DNA of 64,000 nt from Ascidiella aspersa. Its lineage: Eukaryota. The translations under genes and the position numbers were made by a program. Of the stretch, positions 39,601 to 54,600 are shown in pieces. Position 1 is the first letter of the stretch; each line of letters starts with the position of its first letter. The notes below the pieces were generated by a model. The model did not search any database. It saw only the letters and a program-made list of their open reading frames with translations, and was not told where the DNA came from. The stretch is taken from positions 31,682,001 through 31,746,000 of the forward strand of contig OZ004607.1 of assembly GCA_963924565.1 (NCBI GenBank), written 5' to 3'.

Positions 39601-42600
39601 TTAGTGTCATACGAGTTTAAACCAACATAAAAATGCGCAAAACTAACCGCAAATAAAATCTTGTTATATAAGTACATAGCATTGCCTTATAGCTTACAGC
39701 TTACCGTTGCTGGTTTCATGGCTGCGTTAGGTGTTGGTGTTTCGTTCTTCCCAGCTGCCTCATCGTCACTTTCGACATTCTAGGACAAAAAAAGAGCACA
39801 CTGTGTTAAAAAACATATAAAAACGAACCTATCTATGTGTTTAAACTACATCGTACATTTAAACCTAATAGTACAACTAGATGGATCTTTGTATACCTTG
39901 GGGCAGATTCGCATTAGGTTGTTGAAGGTCATCATGACTGTCGACTGATACCAGGGGTCAGCGTTGGACATCATCTCGCCGATCTGAAGATCGAACGAGC
40001 TAGGCTCGGCTGTGGAATAAAACTCAGTTTTACTTGCGTAAGCTTGGCTGAAATATTATACGAAAGGATATGTATATTTAGAGTGATTTGCTTAATTAGG
40101 AAAATAATACAGTGAAATTAAAATATTATTTTAATTGTAGAATTGTTCTTCTGGCAAATTTTATTAAGGTACAGACGTTTCGACCACCTATTCGGGCAAT
40201 CTTCTTCAAGGCAACATACTTGTAACATATTACATTGCCCTGAAGTTGTTATTACCTTGCTCTCAGCAAACAGCATATTTAAGTATTTTCAAATACCCAG
40301 TTTTACTTCTCTTTAAACAAAGTTTCAGCGCTTAATGTTTTTAATATTCAATTACGACACAAATAACAGAGCTACTACTGTTGTAAGTTTTCCGGTCCTT
40401 TATATTGTTTATAAGCCATTGGATTACTAAAGAATTAAAGTCATTTTTCACTTGTGTCCGTAGATTCCGCTCTAATCAAAACACCCTTAAAGCCGACACA
40501 GATGCTTTCACATGCGAGAAGCTTGATTTCAACTTTGGCAGTGTTTAGAGAACACTTTAAGTGGGAAACAGGTTAATATTTTAGGGCAATGCTGGTCAGT
40601 TGTAGTTAAACGTGGGTAAACGGTTAAACCCTTACATAAAAAATGTGTAATCGTTAAACATATCTTTTTTGAGCATAATGGTTGAAGGTTATAATCAGCC
40701 ATTTGTAGGTATGTGAACACTTCAACGCAAATATAAATTCAAAACGGGATTGGGAATCCACTGTAGTATATACCTGGGTAGTCGACCCGTTCATCTTCGT
40801 ACGAGTTTTCGCCGATTGGAATGTAGAATATTCTTAGGTCGACATGATTGAGTAGAGGGGCGCGAGTTAGTTGACGCCGTCTGATAAAATATCAAATTCA
40901 TTAATATCAAGTTGTCACACCAGTTTCAAATCAACAACATCATACATTGTAAATTGGAGTCCGATTATAGGGTGGAAATTCCGAACTCTGAGGGTAGAAT
41001 TTTGTAAAAGTTTGGTTATTTCCACCTTTTAAATGATGTTGAAAAAAACGAACAACCCAACGCTCAACAATTTCCACCTCTAGGCTTGTATTTCAATTTA
41101 CAGTGTACTAGCAAGGTACATCATAACATTAGCAGCAAAACTATTAGAATATGTTATTTTATATCATAAGCATCACCTTACAAGTATCATATACTATCAA
41201 GAAGTTTTAAAATCATTAGGAGCCAGAGTCTTCATTTCAAATCGGAGATGATTTAGGGTTAAAAACTTATTCCACATACCTAAGTTCGTAGTAAGCTCTC
41301 GCCAGATTTCCAACGGTCTTATCGTTGCCTACAAACGTAACCTTGAGCACTTTCTTTCGTAAACTGCGCTCCGGAAGGTAACTCAACGAGCTGCGACTCT
41401 TGCGGTTCTTTCTGTATACGACAAAAAATGGCGTCGAAACAACTGACAATGGTTGTAACAGAAAGAAAAATGTCTTTAGTTTTGTTATAATGTTATGAGC
41501 ATGTTTAACCAGAACTATTAAATTTCAAGAAATGTATGATAATGTCAAATGAATCCCGATTAATATTTTATTATATTCATCGCACTAACAACAGTAGGCA
41601 ACATATGACTTTTGATTCATTCTGAAAATTAAAAGTGTTACTGTTACAGGTTTGGAACTAAGTGCTTTTCAATGACACACAGACTTTTTATTGAAGCATA
41701 AAATAAAAATAAAGGGGTGACAATACCAGCTGGGCTGTTATAATATTCTTTTGTGAGAATTTGTAAACTATATTTTATGTCTCGGCTGTTTTAAGAAAAT
41801 GTACTCAATGCGGGAAAGCGCTTAAAGACAACAAATCCTAAGCATTACCTGACCGCCAGCTTTCTAGAAATCTTCACACCGGCAACGCCATTCTCCTCCC
41901 AGTTGGTGCCTTGACCAAGTGAAGCCACCCGTCGGTAGCGTGGCCGGTCGCTTGGCTTGTCGAGCACAATGCCAGAGTCCATTCTGCTCGGCCAACAACA
42001 GAATGACAACTTAGAAAATACCGATATTTAGCAGTGTTATTCAAGCCAGTGCTTGGTTCCCAACCTAATGTTTAAGGGTGCCGAGAAATATTTTTAAATC
42101 TTTAGGATTCATGAAAAGATTTTGCTCTATTACTAAGTTTCTCGCAACAGTTTTAGTGTATGGTTATATTGCAATAAATCGAGAAGGTTTTTTTCTGCTT
42201 TGCGCCGATTTAATGTGTGCTGTTTTATCTCGTTTATTGTGATTTGATAGTAAACCACTTTTTGCGAAAATACTAGTAAGGGTGTCGTGAAGTCAATATA
42301 ATTTCTGTAAGGGGCCGCGAGCCAAAAAAGGTTGGGTACCACAGAGTTAGGCTATACTCTCAATAATAACCTATTTGGTTTTTCTTAACATTGACCAAGT
42401 TATAACTTTTTATATTACACTTACGGCTGTTTAACCAACAAGTGGGATTGTAATTTGAATATATCTAACTCGTACCTATTTCTTGCTTCTTCGTCATCAC
42501 GAAGGCTCTTTGCACCTGTTTGGAACAAAATTAGTCGTTAGAGATATACTACAATATCACGCTCGTAACAAACTTAAATGCAGAGGAAAAAAGCGAAACT

Positions 42601-45600
42601 ATAGGCTAATTTTTATTTACTGCAAATTTATCGCAATTACACGCATAGAGTCACATACACCAGGGCTACAAAATACACGTCCACTGTACTCTCGGAGTCT
42701 AGTAAACTACTGACCAGACCTGGGCAAATTACGTCCCACCAGGCAATTTCATTTGGCCCGTGGCTTTTTTTCCATTAAAATGCTTGATTGATTTGTGCAA
42801 AAGTAAGCCTTTATTCACTTTATTGTACAACATAATATTAAATAAATTTCACTTATAAGGTATCCTCGCCTATTAATAAACGTAACAAAAGTCAAAGCAA
42901 ATATATTTACATCTTACTTTTTTTACATTTTATATTATGAGTTTTTCAGATCCCCCTTTTTGAGCCCGGCCCTCCAAATCATTTCCTGTGTTTTAAGCGT
43001 CTCTGTCAAAAATATTTGCCCACCCTTGTTACAGAGAGCAGTTACAAAAATCGATTTTTTTTAAATAAAATGAAATTTTTGTTAAATTTTTTTTATTGGG
43101 AATTGGAAGCGATGCGTTTATTTTGTTACCGCGGGACACATGAAAAACATAAAATGTTGTGGCGGGCCAGGTCAAAAATAGGATCTTAAACTAACGCAAT
43201 TTGAACCTGTTATTACGTAAGGAGTTGTGCGCAAATGTACAACTAAAGTCGATTTTAAGGGGACAAGGCATCGCGCGAAGCAGAGTAAAAGTTGGCAAAA
43301 GTATAAAGTAAACCCTTGGCGTTCAACCATATTGATTATATTTGCTTTTAAATGTTAGCTGATTAAGATTTAATAACATGGCCGTACGCATTATCTATAC
43401 ATAAAGTCTATTTATCAAGTATATTATTCGGTCATTCTACAAATACCTCGCCGTATTTAATTTTTGTCCGAATGTAGCTCAGATAAAACTAATTTGGTCA
43501 CATTTTTGTTTCGAACATGCGCACACAGTCACTCAGTCTCACCCTCGCTGTTCACTCTGCCGAAAAGCCGCTTCCTCTTTGGCGTCGATTCGGGATGCGC
43601 GCCGTCGGCGGAGCTTGACAAGCTGAAGACGAACTTCCGCGGGACTGAGAGGCTCATGGGCCCGTCGATCGACTTTGGCGCGCCCGATGGGTCGCCATCG
43701 CTTCCGCCCGACTGCTGGCTAACGGCTGCGGGGTAGAGAAAAGACTGCGACATACTGAGCTGGTGAGGCTCGGCTACTGCGGCGGTGGAGGCGGTCGCGT
43801 CAGCCTGGTCGGCGTTACGGTGGTGGAAGAGGCTGCTCAGATGGACGTACTTGCTGCCGCGTGCGCTGGCCCGGTTCTTTTTGCTCTTGAGCGGGTCGGA
43901 GACGGTCCGCCAGCGAGGCATGCTTACGGCTTCGAAAAAAGCGGCGGCGGCGCTGGGCGGGGTCGACGATGAGCTACTGGAGGCTGCTGTTGTTGCCCGG
44001 ATGAAAAGGGGCGCGAAACAATAGAGGCGCGTGAGACGGGTTTTTGATATTTTTTCGGGGTATTGCGCTCCATTATAGGGCGAAGTTTAATGATAGGTTT
44101 GTCTTGTGGTTAAATCGTCAGAATTTGAGACAAGAAAGCTCGACGCTAAGAGGTTAATGTGACTGAATGTTGAATATTCACCTTTAGGACTGGGGCCCAA
44201 ACAAAGTTTTTTTTTTAATTTATACTTGATACGGGCATAACTTTTTCTGAGATGCAATTATGAACATTTCAGTGCGCTGACATTTTGTTGTAAACTTTAA
44301 ATCGTGCGGATGCAAATTTCATGTCAAACAAATAACGTCTCCAACGAGGGGTAAAAAAACGCAGTCGCATGCTGTTTGTAAAACTCGCGCTTGTATAAGT
44401 CCCTTTGGTTGTGAACATAAGTTTGTGTTTCATCCTCTCTAGCATTGTTTTTTGTCGGATTTCCGCTTTACAATTGGCCTTTGGCAACTTAAATGGTCTA
44501 AAAAAACTCGAAATAAAACAACATGCACGTTAAATACAAACCACGCGTGTTTATTTTTTCACAAAGAGTATTAAACTTTAAGTTATGGAAACCACCGATC
44601 ATACGTTCAGAACGAAAGTACCTTTTAAATAGTTTGAAATGTGTCTTAAATGTTTTGTTTTAAACGATAAAAAGTAGAGCGGTTGCGGACTATTATTAAT
44701 AAAACCCCTTGCCTTCTGATAAATTTACATATTACTAGTTAAATCTACACGTGCAAGTTAAATGCATGCCAGGCCGATCCTTTGTGGTACATCATTGTTC
44801 ATGCCGAAAAACATAAACTGTTTCCTTCCAATAATAGAAAACAAAATTAACCCGATGGACGATGGTGTTTTTTAATTACAATGGGGACAACATATCCGCC
44901 AATTATGTCAATAACCAAATCCATGACACGAATTGCATAGGAAACATCAAAACTAATTCTGTTAATGCTCATGCTATGCGAACTAAACCTACTAGCATTG
45001 TTTTAGATCCTTCTCGGAAAACAGGGAAATCGTGAGCTATTATGTTGCTTCGTATTCTATCAGCAATGTTGTTTTGGCGTTTAATCTATTTAAGCTTGGT
45101 CTAAATGTATCACAATAAGCTATATCCATAAAACGACCAGCTAAAGTTCGGTCCACCAACTGAGCAAGCCTCCACCACCACCATGCCGTACATGCCGAAA
45201 CAAAACATAAACTAAAAAAACTCGCATATCATTACAATACAAAAATGGGCAGCATCTTCAATGCGTTCGCCCAAACAATATATAAATTCAAGCAAAATAA
45301 AGGAAAAGTAATATACTTTTTGCATGTTTTAAAACTGTCGATATTCCAACGTGTTACCATAGACAAATTTAATTTTGACAAAACACTTTGGACAATTTCA
45401 ATAAAAATATTAAAGTCATTATATTCGATAAAATCGACATTTCGCTGTTATAAACGTTTTGGCAATGCCGCATATCATCATCAGAATACAAGTGTAGACA
45501 AAGTTTAAAAAAGTGTAAAGCAGGTTAAACCGTAGAAAGACAAATTGTACTTGACAAGGCATTATACAATTTGCTTCACTTAATGAAAGAAAAATCGTTT

Positions 45601-48600
45601 AAAACAAATAAAACATAGCCTTGATAAATATTGAAACTCCTTTGTCGATAGTAAGTACAATTTGTCCAATAACAGTACAACCCTCTCTAAAATTGCTACT
45701 CACTGGACATAAGGCTCTTGGCGTCTTCATCGGCTCTCGGTGATGTCGTGGTAGAGTCCTCTCCTCCCGTGTCCCTCTCCTCATGATCCGGACCCAGGGA
45801 TCTCATGGAGGTGGTCCTCCTCACTGCGCCCCTCACCAGCTTCTTCCCCTTCATCCTTATAGTCTTAAAACGGTTCTTTTTCTTCCCTTTTGCGTCTTTC
45901 CTGCGGCCGGAGCGCCGACTCTCTGGCTCCATCATCTCGTCTTGCTCGTTTAAAGACACGCTCAAAGTGTCCAGCGCCTCGGCCACGTCGCTTTCCATTG
46001 GTGGGGATTTGGGGGCGTGATCCGCCAACGAAAGGGGCGTGGTCCGCACCGCCTGTGGAGTGTGGTCGGGCGAGGGTTTGAACTCTAAGAAGGCGCTGCT
46101 CTTGGTGGGAGTCTCTTCGAGCTCCATGTCGCGCAGGAGGAGTTCAATGTCGCTCCCGTCGCCGCTCTCGTCGAATCCGCGCTCGAGGAATTCCCGCCAG
46201 AGCTTCTCGCTCTCCACGTGACTCACGTCCGAGCCGCCCTCGTTCTGAAAGAAAGGTGTTGGGAGATCGTTTTTGCGCCCAAAACGGAAAATTTGTCGCT
46301 TTTATGCGAGTGGAATTTCCCTACTACTTTGCAGTATAAATACAAAAAACTGTCGATATTTTGGAAAAGAAGGTTCCTAACGACCCTCTTCGGCAAATGT
46401 AAGAAATCGTAGCGAAAACGCTTCTGGAGCGTACATTTTTATAGGTAAAATTTTTTATAAACGACTTTTGTCACTAATTTGTTCTAGAAAGTATGAAAAT
46501 AATCACTTAAATTATATGTGATAAACATATTAAGTTCTCGTATGATTGGAAATCGCAAGGAACCGCTTGATAATCTAAAACGTCTTCCATTTTTTTACCT
46601 TATTAGGATAGCTATTTATAGTAAATTTGATTCAACGAAATAACAAACAAGTCCTAATTCTTATAGACACCAGTATAGCGTGTTACACAATAAAAGCGTG
46701 CGTTGAGAAGTGGAAAAATCGTGAGCGCTCCTCCAAAAGTAGGATACGGGCATATCCGCCCAGTCACAAAACGGCACAAGGCCTTACATCGACTAAGAAA
46801 ATGTACTTTTTCACCGCGAATCACGTATTAGGCGGTAATTTGCGTTTCGTTGGATTTCTAATCAACTTCGACCCATATATCGGGTAATTCAACTACAATC
46901 TCTAATTTTACCTAGTTTTGACCCAAATCTCGATTCTCAACTCATTTGGAACCAAATTACGATTTTAAACAACTGCGAACCATATGGTGACATTCTTTGA
47001 CATTTTAACGGACGAAATCGATCCAGATTTTGACATTCAATCAGTTTAACTAAAAAGGTGTTAAAGTATGTCTCAGATGTTAACTTTCAACTTATACAGA
47101 TCTCTCATTTTTATCGAAATTGACTCGACGTTTAACCGAAACGACCCCAAAACTCAACATTTAAAAAATTTTCCACTTTCAATCATTTTTCGCCCCCCCA
47201 AAAATGACTTTAAACTAGTTTTGACTGAGACCTCGCCTTTCAAGTGAGAAAATTTACCATATTATTAACCGAAATTGCATAGCACACAACTGTTAAACGT
47301 AATCGAACTATATTTTAATTTCCAGTCAGTTTGAACCCCCAAAATGTATGCTTCAACCGGTTTTGACTCAGGTCTCGACTTTCAACTAAATCTCGATTGT
47401 CTACGCAAAATGACTGGAGTTTTACCCAAAATTATACTATATCTCAAATTTCAAGCAAAGTTTTTATTTCCAAGTTTTGTCACATTCAAACACCCAATTA
47501 TACTAGATTTAGAATTCCAAGCGAGTTGAACCAGAGTTATTTTCTCCAAGGCATTTTAACCCCAAAACTACCAAACCGCAACCATACAAACAAATCCACG
47601 ACTCACGCTGCTCTGGCCCGCCTTCTCCGAGTTGCTTTGGTTGTCGAATGCAGGTGAGTCGCGGAGTGCGCGCGAAGTTTTCTTGCTCTTGCTCACGTGC
47701 GCCTCCACCTGCTCGGCGAGGTCCTCGATCAGACCGCTGTCACGTGGGTCGCTCATGCGCTGACGACTCGAGATGTCTGGCGAATGAAGGGAACATTGCA
47801 ACGTATAGGGTTGTGCAATATTGTAAACAGTGTATTGTCACCAGTGTTGTAAACAATCCTATTTGAAATGACTCAAGTCCCAGACAAGTCATTTGTGAAA
47901 TAATTTAGTCCAAGTAAAGTACTTTAAAAAAATAACAAGTCAAGTCCCAGCCCAAGTCATCAGTTGCCCAAGTCAAGTACCAGTCAAGTCATTAATGGAG
48001 AAAGTCATCTCCAAGTCAAATCACTGTTATCAAAATACAACAATAAACTATTAAAATTGGTAAACTCGTCCGATTATGAACAACAAGTTAACTAAAAAAC
48101 TTAAAAAACATGTAGCAATATAAGTGTTTTAAGTAGAAAACTTGAGATAAATAGCTCACTTTTATAGAGTAATATTGAATGAAAACACTTCATTTTAACC
48201 CAAGTCATTCAAATCAATACCTTAGGTAATTTCTTTTTTCCCACAATCTACAAAAGCAACAACTAAGGATACCCCTTTTTAAATCTTCCGTGAATATAAT
48301 AGTATAGTCTTTGTCAAACAAGGTCCGACACTACGTTCAAAAAAGTGCAAATAAAGAGCAATTTGCGTGCGTTATGAAACTGTTAACATTTGCATACAAA
48401 AAGGCAGAAACAGCGTTATTCAGTCCCCGTCTAATTGGTAAGCGCATATTAGGGGGCGACTTACATGACTTTCTTGTCGACGTGAAGCTTCCGCTTTTGC
48501 GCTTCTCGACGAAGTATTCTTTGGCCGTTCCTCTCACCACCTGGTAAAGCGTCTCGGTCAAGTTGTTGTGTTCGTAGGATTTCACCGTCAACTGCAAAGT

Positions 48601-51600
48601 AATTGTCATACTATAATGGAAGAGTGGTATTTGTAAATCAAATTAACCAACAGTGTGAGAGATATTGAACTTCGAACGTTGGATGTCATTCACCTGAAGG
48701 CGACTTGAATAGGTTGCCGAAACGTTGGAGAAGAAATATAATTACCTAAGGCGCTGTTGTTTGATTGATAATATGTCTCGTAGCAAAGTTTTATATATAT
48801 TTTTTGAGATAAGTTGTTTGTTTTTGTACAGACAGGAAGGATCCCTATTTTTATACGGTAAAACATATAATATTCCGCAAATTATTATCAACTTTTATAT
48901 ATGTTTTTACTAAACAGTCTATTTATTGTTAAATAATTCTTAATGTTTGGTATTAACGTAATGATCTAATTAGGACATATAAGCAACCATTTTGTTAGTG
49001 AGACGTAGAATGACTATCAATTCAGAATTAAGTGGCCTAACACAGGTGTCTGCCTCAGCAGCATATATGCATTGAACCAGTGCTACATCACTATGTCGAA
49101 AATGAATGTTAGAAACGTACACAAATTGCTACCTCTATATTTAGTATGAACTTTCCTATTCATTCCATACGCCTTACATTGGGATTAGAAAAAATCAAGT
49201 GCCCACCGGACAATTGCCAAATTAATCCACTTATGCCCTTACCGGAGAGTTTTGCATCGTCGTCGCCGCGTAGCACTCGAATTCCTCTCGTTGCTCGGGA
49301 TTCCCCTGGGCAGGTGCGAACGTGGCGCTCTTGAGGGAAGTCCCCGACGTGGTGCGGCTCAGGTAGGATTGATTTCGAGGAGGATTGACGACAGATCCCG
49401 CTCCCCCGCTGTCGATGCTCCTCAGGGATCCGGCGGAGGAGGAAGTCACCATCCCTTGGTTCCGTTGGTCGAGGAAGACGCTCGTCGGACGATCGTCGTC
49501 TTCTTCACAGTTGTTGGCGTTCGCTTCGTCCGAGAGTTTTGCGTCTAAGCGTTTTGTTAGGTTTCGCATTAATTAATTTATGTTTTGTTGGTAGCGTGAA
49601 ACGATTAGTGGTGAAACAACATGAAGCATGCGCGTTGGCTCTTCGCGCAAATGTCCATTACTTTTTTGAGTGTGCCTTAGCCCATTGTTATAAAATGTTT
49701 CATCCCTAAGTCGTCCTGCGTCTCACCGCACCCTCGAAAATGAAGGTGTTGGCAACTTAAACAATATTAAGGCATGTTTTTAATGTGCGGATTGATAACA
49801 CCTTCTTTAGACTCTGTTAGTAACAGCACTCTAACGTAAAACTTCAAAAAATAACTGTGTGGTGTTCTTAAGGTTACTTTTTTTGACGTCACGCTTACGT
49901 GTAACTCTGCGACGTAAATTGTGGCGCAACGTTATGACGTAACTCTGTGTCGTCATCTATGAAAAAAGCTCATGCCCCTCCCAAACAAAAATCCTAGATC
50001 CTACTGTTACCACAGAATATTGCGACTTAAGAATAATGCGAGTTAAGCGAGTTAAGTCCTGACTTACCGATATGGTACGTTTTGAGGGTTAATGAAAAAT
50101 AATTTGTTATGGACCAAGCAGTGAAGTATAAAAACTAAAAGCAAATAAAAAATATTTAAAAAAAAATTTTAATATTCAAAACAAACAATTATAATATGCA
50201 GCTGGTAAAACAAAAAACAAAAAAGTTGTTTGTTAGATTTTAACGGCTGAGACAAACGGATTTTTTTTCTTTTAACAGTTGCGGGTTTCGCATTACATAA
50301 TTTCATATGTTGTTAGTCGCGAGAAAATATTAGTGGTGAAACAACATGAAAAAAACTACGTTAGTCCGTAGAAAGCATGTTTCATGTTCACCATTTTGAT
50401 GTGATTTGTTGTTCCTGGTACCATAGAATACTTCTAAAGTTAACGCAAGGTAAAAACAATGGAAGACGTTTTGGGAAATCAAAACAATAGTTTTTGGTTT
50501 TGTGGCGGGCCCGTGTATTTTAATGCTAGAAGTTCGTGTTGACACAATGATACATTTTCGCGAATAAACTACTACAGCAAAAATCTTAAAAAAGTAAACT
50601 CTATTTAAAAAAAAAGTGAAATAACAAACGCCGAATACAGTTATCGCGACCTATTGTGCCCTTATTGCAATACGAACAGCCCGAAAAAGGTCCATATTTA
50701 ATGGTCCAACTTTTCGAGGACTGAGAGTGTAACAATACTCAAATAAATGTAAAGTTAGCAATTCGGCATTATATTAAGGTAACCGACCTGTTTCTTCTAC
50801 CAGCTGCGCAGCCAGCGACTCCAGCTGCGACCGGACAAAATCCTGCGCCCCGGAGTGCGTTTCCATGGTGATAGACTGTTCCATGACCCCCAGCGCTTCG
50901 GTACACACGTTGGCTAGGCTGGACGCGGGACACGACTGCAAAAGGACATCAGAAAATGTACAAAAAGTAAAACATGGGATAGACTATAGTGGTGGCCAAC
51001 TCATGGATCGCAAGCACTATGCGGCTCTTTACCCGATTTTATGCGATATTTATTTGTATATTATATATTTATTGCGTGGTATCTTAAGTTAATCCAGTAG
51101 GTTAGGGTAAATAAATTGGCTCTTAAGCTTCGACTGGTATACCAACCCTGGTATCTTAGCTAACACTCGAGGTGCAAACCGGTATGTAAAACTTAAACAA
51201 CTAAATAAAAAAAAACAATAAATTCGTTGCAGGGACAGCTGTTTTTCTTTCATGTCAAACCGAGTGTTTATTGGTTACCGGGTTTCTTGTTCATTTTTTT
51301 ACTTTGAATAGAAGTGTGACAAACGAACAGTCATATCATCTGTGATACATGACACAGCAATGCAGGTATGGAATCGACGCATGGAAATCTGAGATTGATA
51401 TACGTGACTAAACGCAGGCGTCGAAGGTGCAAACGTCCAGAATACGTTTGACAGCGATTTGCAACAATCAAATACCTTTAGGGCGCAACGCAGCGCCTTA
51501 AGGTCACAGCTCTCAGGCCCGAACACTGCGTGAAACATTTGTTCGACGAGGATCCGGTGATAGTCCGAGGCCTGCTTGTTCTTGACGTCGCTCTCGAAGG

Positions 51601-54600
51601 CTATCGTCTCCACTATGTCTGCCACAGCATCGTAGAGCTCCATGTCGGAGTCGATCATCACGTTCATAGGACTGCTGTTTCTGCGTATATGGAGAAAATT
51701 ACTCATAGACGTACATTTTAATATGTGAATATTAAACTACAAAAGGAGATAAACTACAAAAAAAGGGGGTCACTTAACGTATTTTGAAAGTTATTTAAAA
51801 ACTGCTTTAACATATTACCTGTGCCTGTGAGGTAGTCAAACCTGTTGTGTTATCACAATTTAATTGCAGATTCTAAATTCTACTTTACTCTTACAAAGAT
51901 TAAAAAGTACGTGCACAGAACTAAATTAATCAAAACTCAAATCAAAAGTTCTGGAAATTTTTATGCTAGAATTTGCCGCTCAAACGCAAATAGAAAACAT
52001 AACACAACTTAGGCAACCATTTACGTTGAATAACGTTTGAACCATCTGCTTAATATTAGGTAGGGTTTTAAAACTTACGTTGCTAAGTTGGCCTCGGAGG
52101 TACGTGACAAATCGAAGTCCTGCTCCTGACAGAATATCGAGCGTGCAAAATAACCTTAGAACAGAAAGGTTTGAATAAACGGTAGGTTTGATTCTAACGT
52201 TATATCCAATTTGCTGTATGAATCCTAATTTAATATTGCGAATCAGGTGTAACCCTTAACGACAAATTGTAATAAATTTTAAACAGTGTCACCTGGTTTT
52301 AAGATTTAAATTCGGACGAAAACGACTAGTACCAAAGAATAATTTAACGTTGTTTTTTTCTTGTTCTATCCATGTCGGAAAAACGCAGGTTAAGTGGGAA
52401 AAAAATGAACAAACGCAATATTTGGCTTAAAATATTTAAATCTAAATGCACCTGTAATAAACTCATTCGTAATAAACTCACCTTCAATAACGCACACAGA
52501 AGTATATGCATGCGCTCAGAACATACATATTGGGTATTTAGGCTATTAACGTTTCAATGTTATGTCTAAATCAAAACGAAATTAGTTTCAGACAAACGAA
52601 ACTTAATTACCCGGTGATTTCATCTCGGTCTGGATAAGGTCCAGCACTTCCTTAACAGCAGCTGAAACCGGTTTGGCCCACAGGTAAAACATCTGCAAGG
52701 ATGCGTAGACTTTCTCAAGCGATTCCACTGGAACAAACGGGACCTGTGAAGTATCGAAAATACACGGTTGTAAATTATCGTTTCATTAGACGCAGAATTC
52801 ATAAAAAGTGGTTTTACTCAAATTGGTAAGCACCGAAATTTATAGGGACTTTCGTGAAAGGAATAAAGGCAAGGGGAGTAAAAACAGTTGGACGAAATTA
52901 GGTGCGATATTAGATCAAACGACAACGTGCTAGCCGTGCGTTTTCAAGTGATTCTAATAGAAAATGATTTGCCAAACCGCTTAATTATAGATGACGATGC
53001 GATTAAATTCGTGACATGACAGGCTTAATACGTCGACCAACCGCATGATACATGCCAGGTTTCGTCTAGAACGCCCGAAACCGAAATGAGGCCATAATAG
53101 TTATAAAACAGTAAGCAACCCTCTTTATTGGATCTTCACTAAAGAAAATATTTAGTTGTGTTGATGTCAGTCTGTGAAACACGTTTTGAACTGAAAAGGC
53201 CGTTATAACCATCTCTGTTGCACTTCACTACAATTTTCAGGCCAAATTAATAAGATGTGCATTTATGACAGTGTTTTATATAGCTTTGTGGTGTTTTATA
53301 TGGCTTTTGTTATTATTGCCGACAAGCGGCAATGAGCGGTCAATTTACCAACTCACGAACAAATACAATTTAAGTATATTGCAACAATTTTTTTTTTTTA
53401 TAACGAAGTGTCCCAAACATCTATCTATCCTCTAACTTTTCAATGGTAAACGATTAGAGGATATGTAACAAGTAGAATCTTACACAGTATACCTGTACGA
53501 CTTTAAGTTTTGCTATTTAAAACAAAATATTAAAAAATAAGGAAAAGTCAGTTTTACTAAAAATTAGTGTCTCAATAACGTTTTTTCAAAAAAATATATT
53601 TTGGTTCATTTGGTAAATTGTTGAAAGGTGATTTCCTTACAAAAGAGCCTTACCGATATGACTGTGTCACAAATGATGTGCAGTAACGGCAATATCTTGC
53701 TTTCCTCTCCCAGCGCGTAAACCTGTATCAAAAAACATTACATTTCTTTAAAAGACAAAGCCACTACTTTAGCACCTATACCATTGTTGCGCGTTCGAAA
53801 CAGTAAATGTATCGGATCTTTTTGGATAACTAGGCTATAATTCATATATAGTAAGGAAAAAATAGCAATCACAAGGCAAATTTATTTGGCAGACTTAGTC
53901 ATTAAATCTGTGGTGCTTTTCCAATAAAAAAATGAAGAACTTATACTGTCTCCAAAAAGTTATTTGACTTAACTAAGGCCTTTTACCTAGAAGACACAAA
54001 AAAATTCTTCAAAAGGCAAGAAAAAAAAACGCAAAATGCAAAAACGAGTATACTTGCGTATTTTTCAGTATTCTAGGAGGATCAATAATTTTCCTATTAA
54101 AAAAAGTGACAAACCCACACAAACGTGAACATATGGTGGCCCTTGGCTAAGTATCTACATATATGCAACCATCAGTCCAAATCGTGAGAGGAAGTGTGTA
54201 AAACAGGCAAGCATAACAAATTGCAGTGCCAGCAAAGGCAACAGGCGCAACAGTGACGTAGTTCACAAAACTGAGGCCAGATCCAAATTAAAATTTGGCC
54301 GCGATGTTGTTTTGGGCTGGTTCGGAGCGGTCGTGACAACGTTAGGCAACACGATCGCGTGCAAACCACAAATGGAGCCAGGGACCGCGCTCGAAAAACA
54401 AGCTTCGGAATGTTCGATTTTGGGGTCAATACGTGACCACGCCGGCCGGCACATCGTCGATCGATTGAAGACTGGGCTTAATTGCTGATGTTGCATAAGC
54501 CAGGCGTTGTTGTCAACTTGTGACGCATTGCAGGGTCGAAATTAGAAATTTTCTATAAATGGCCTACAGAATGTTTTCTATTTCTTAGCCGGTCCACATT

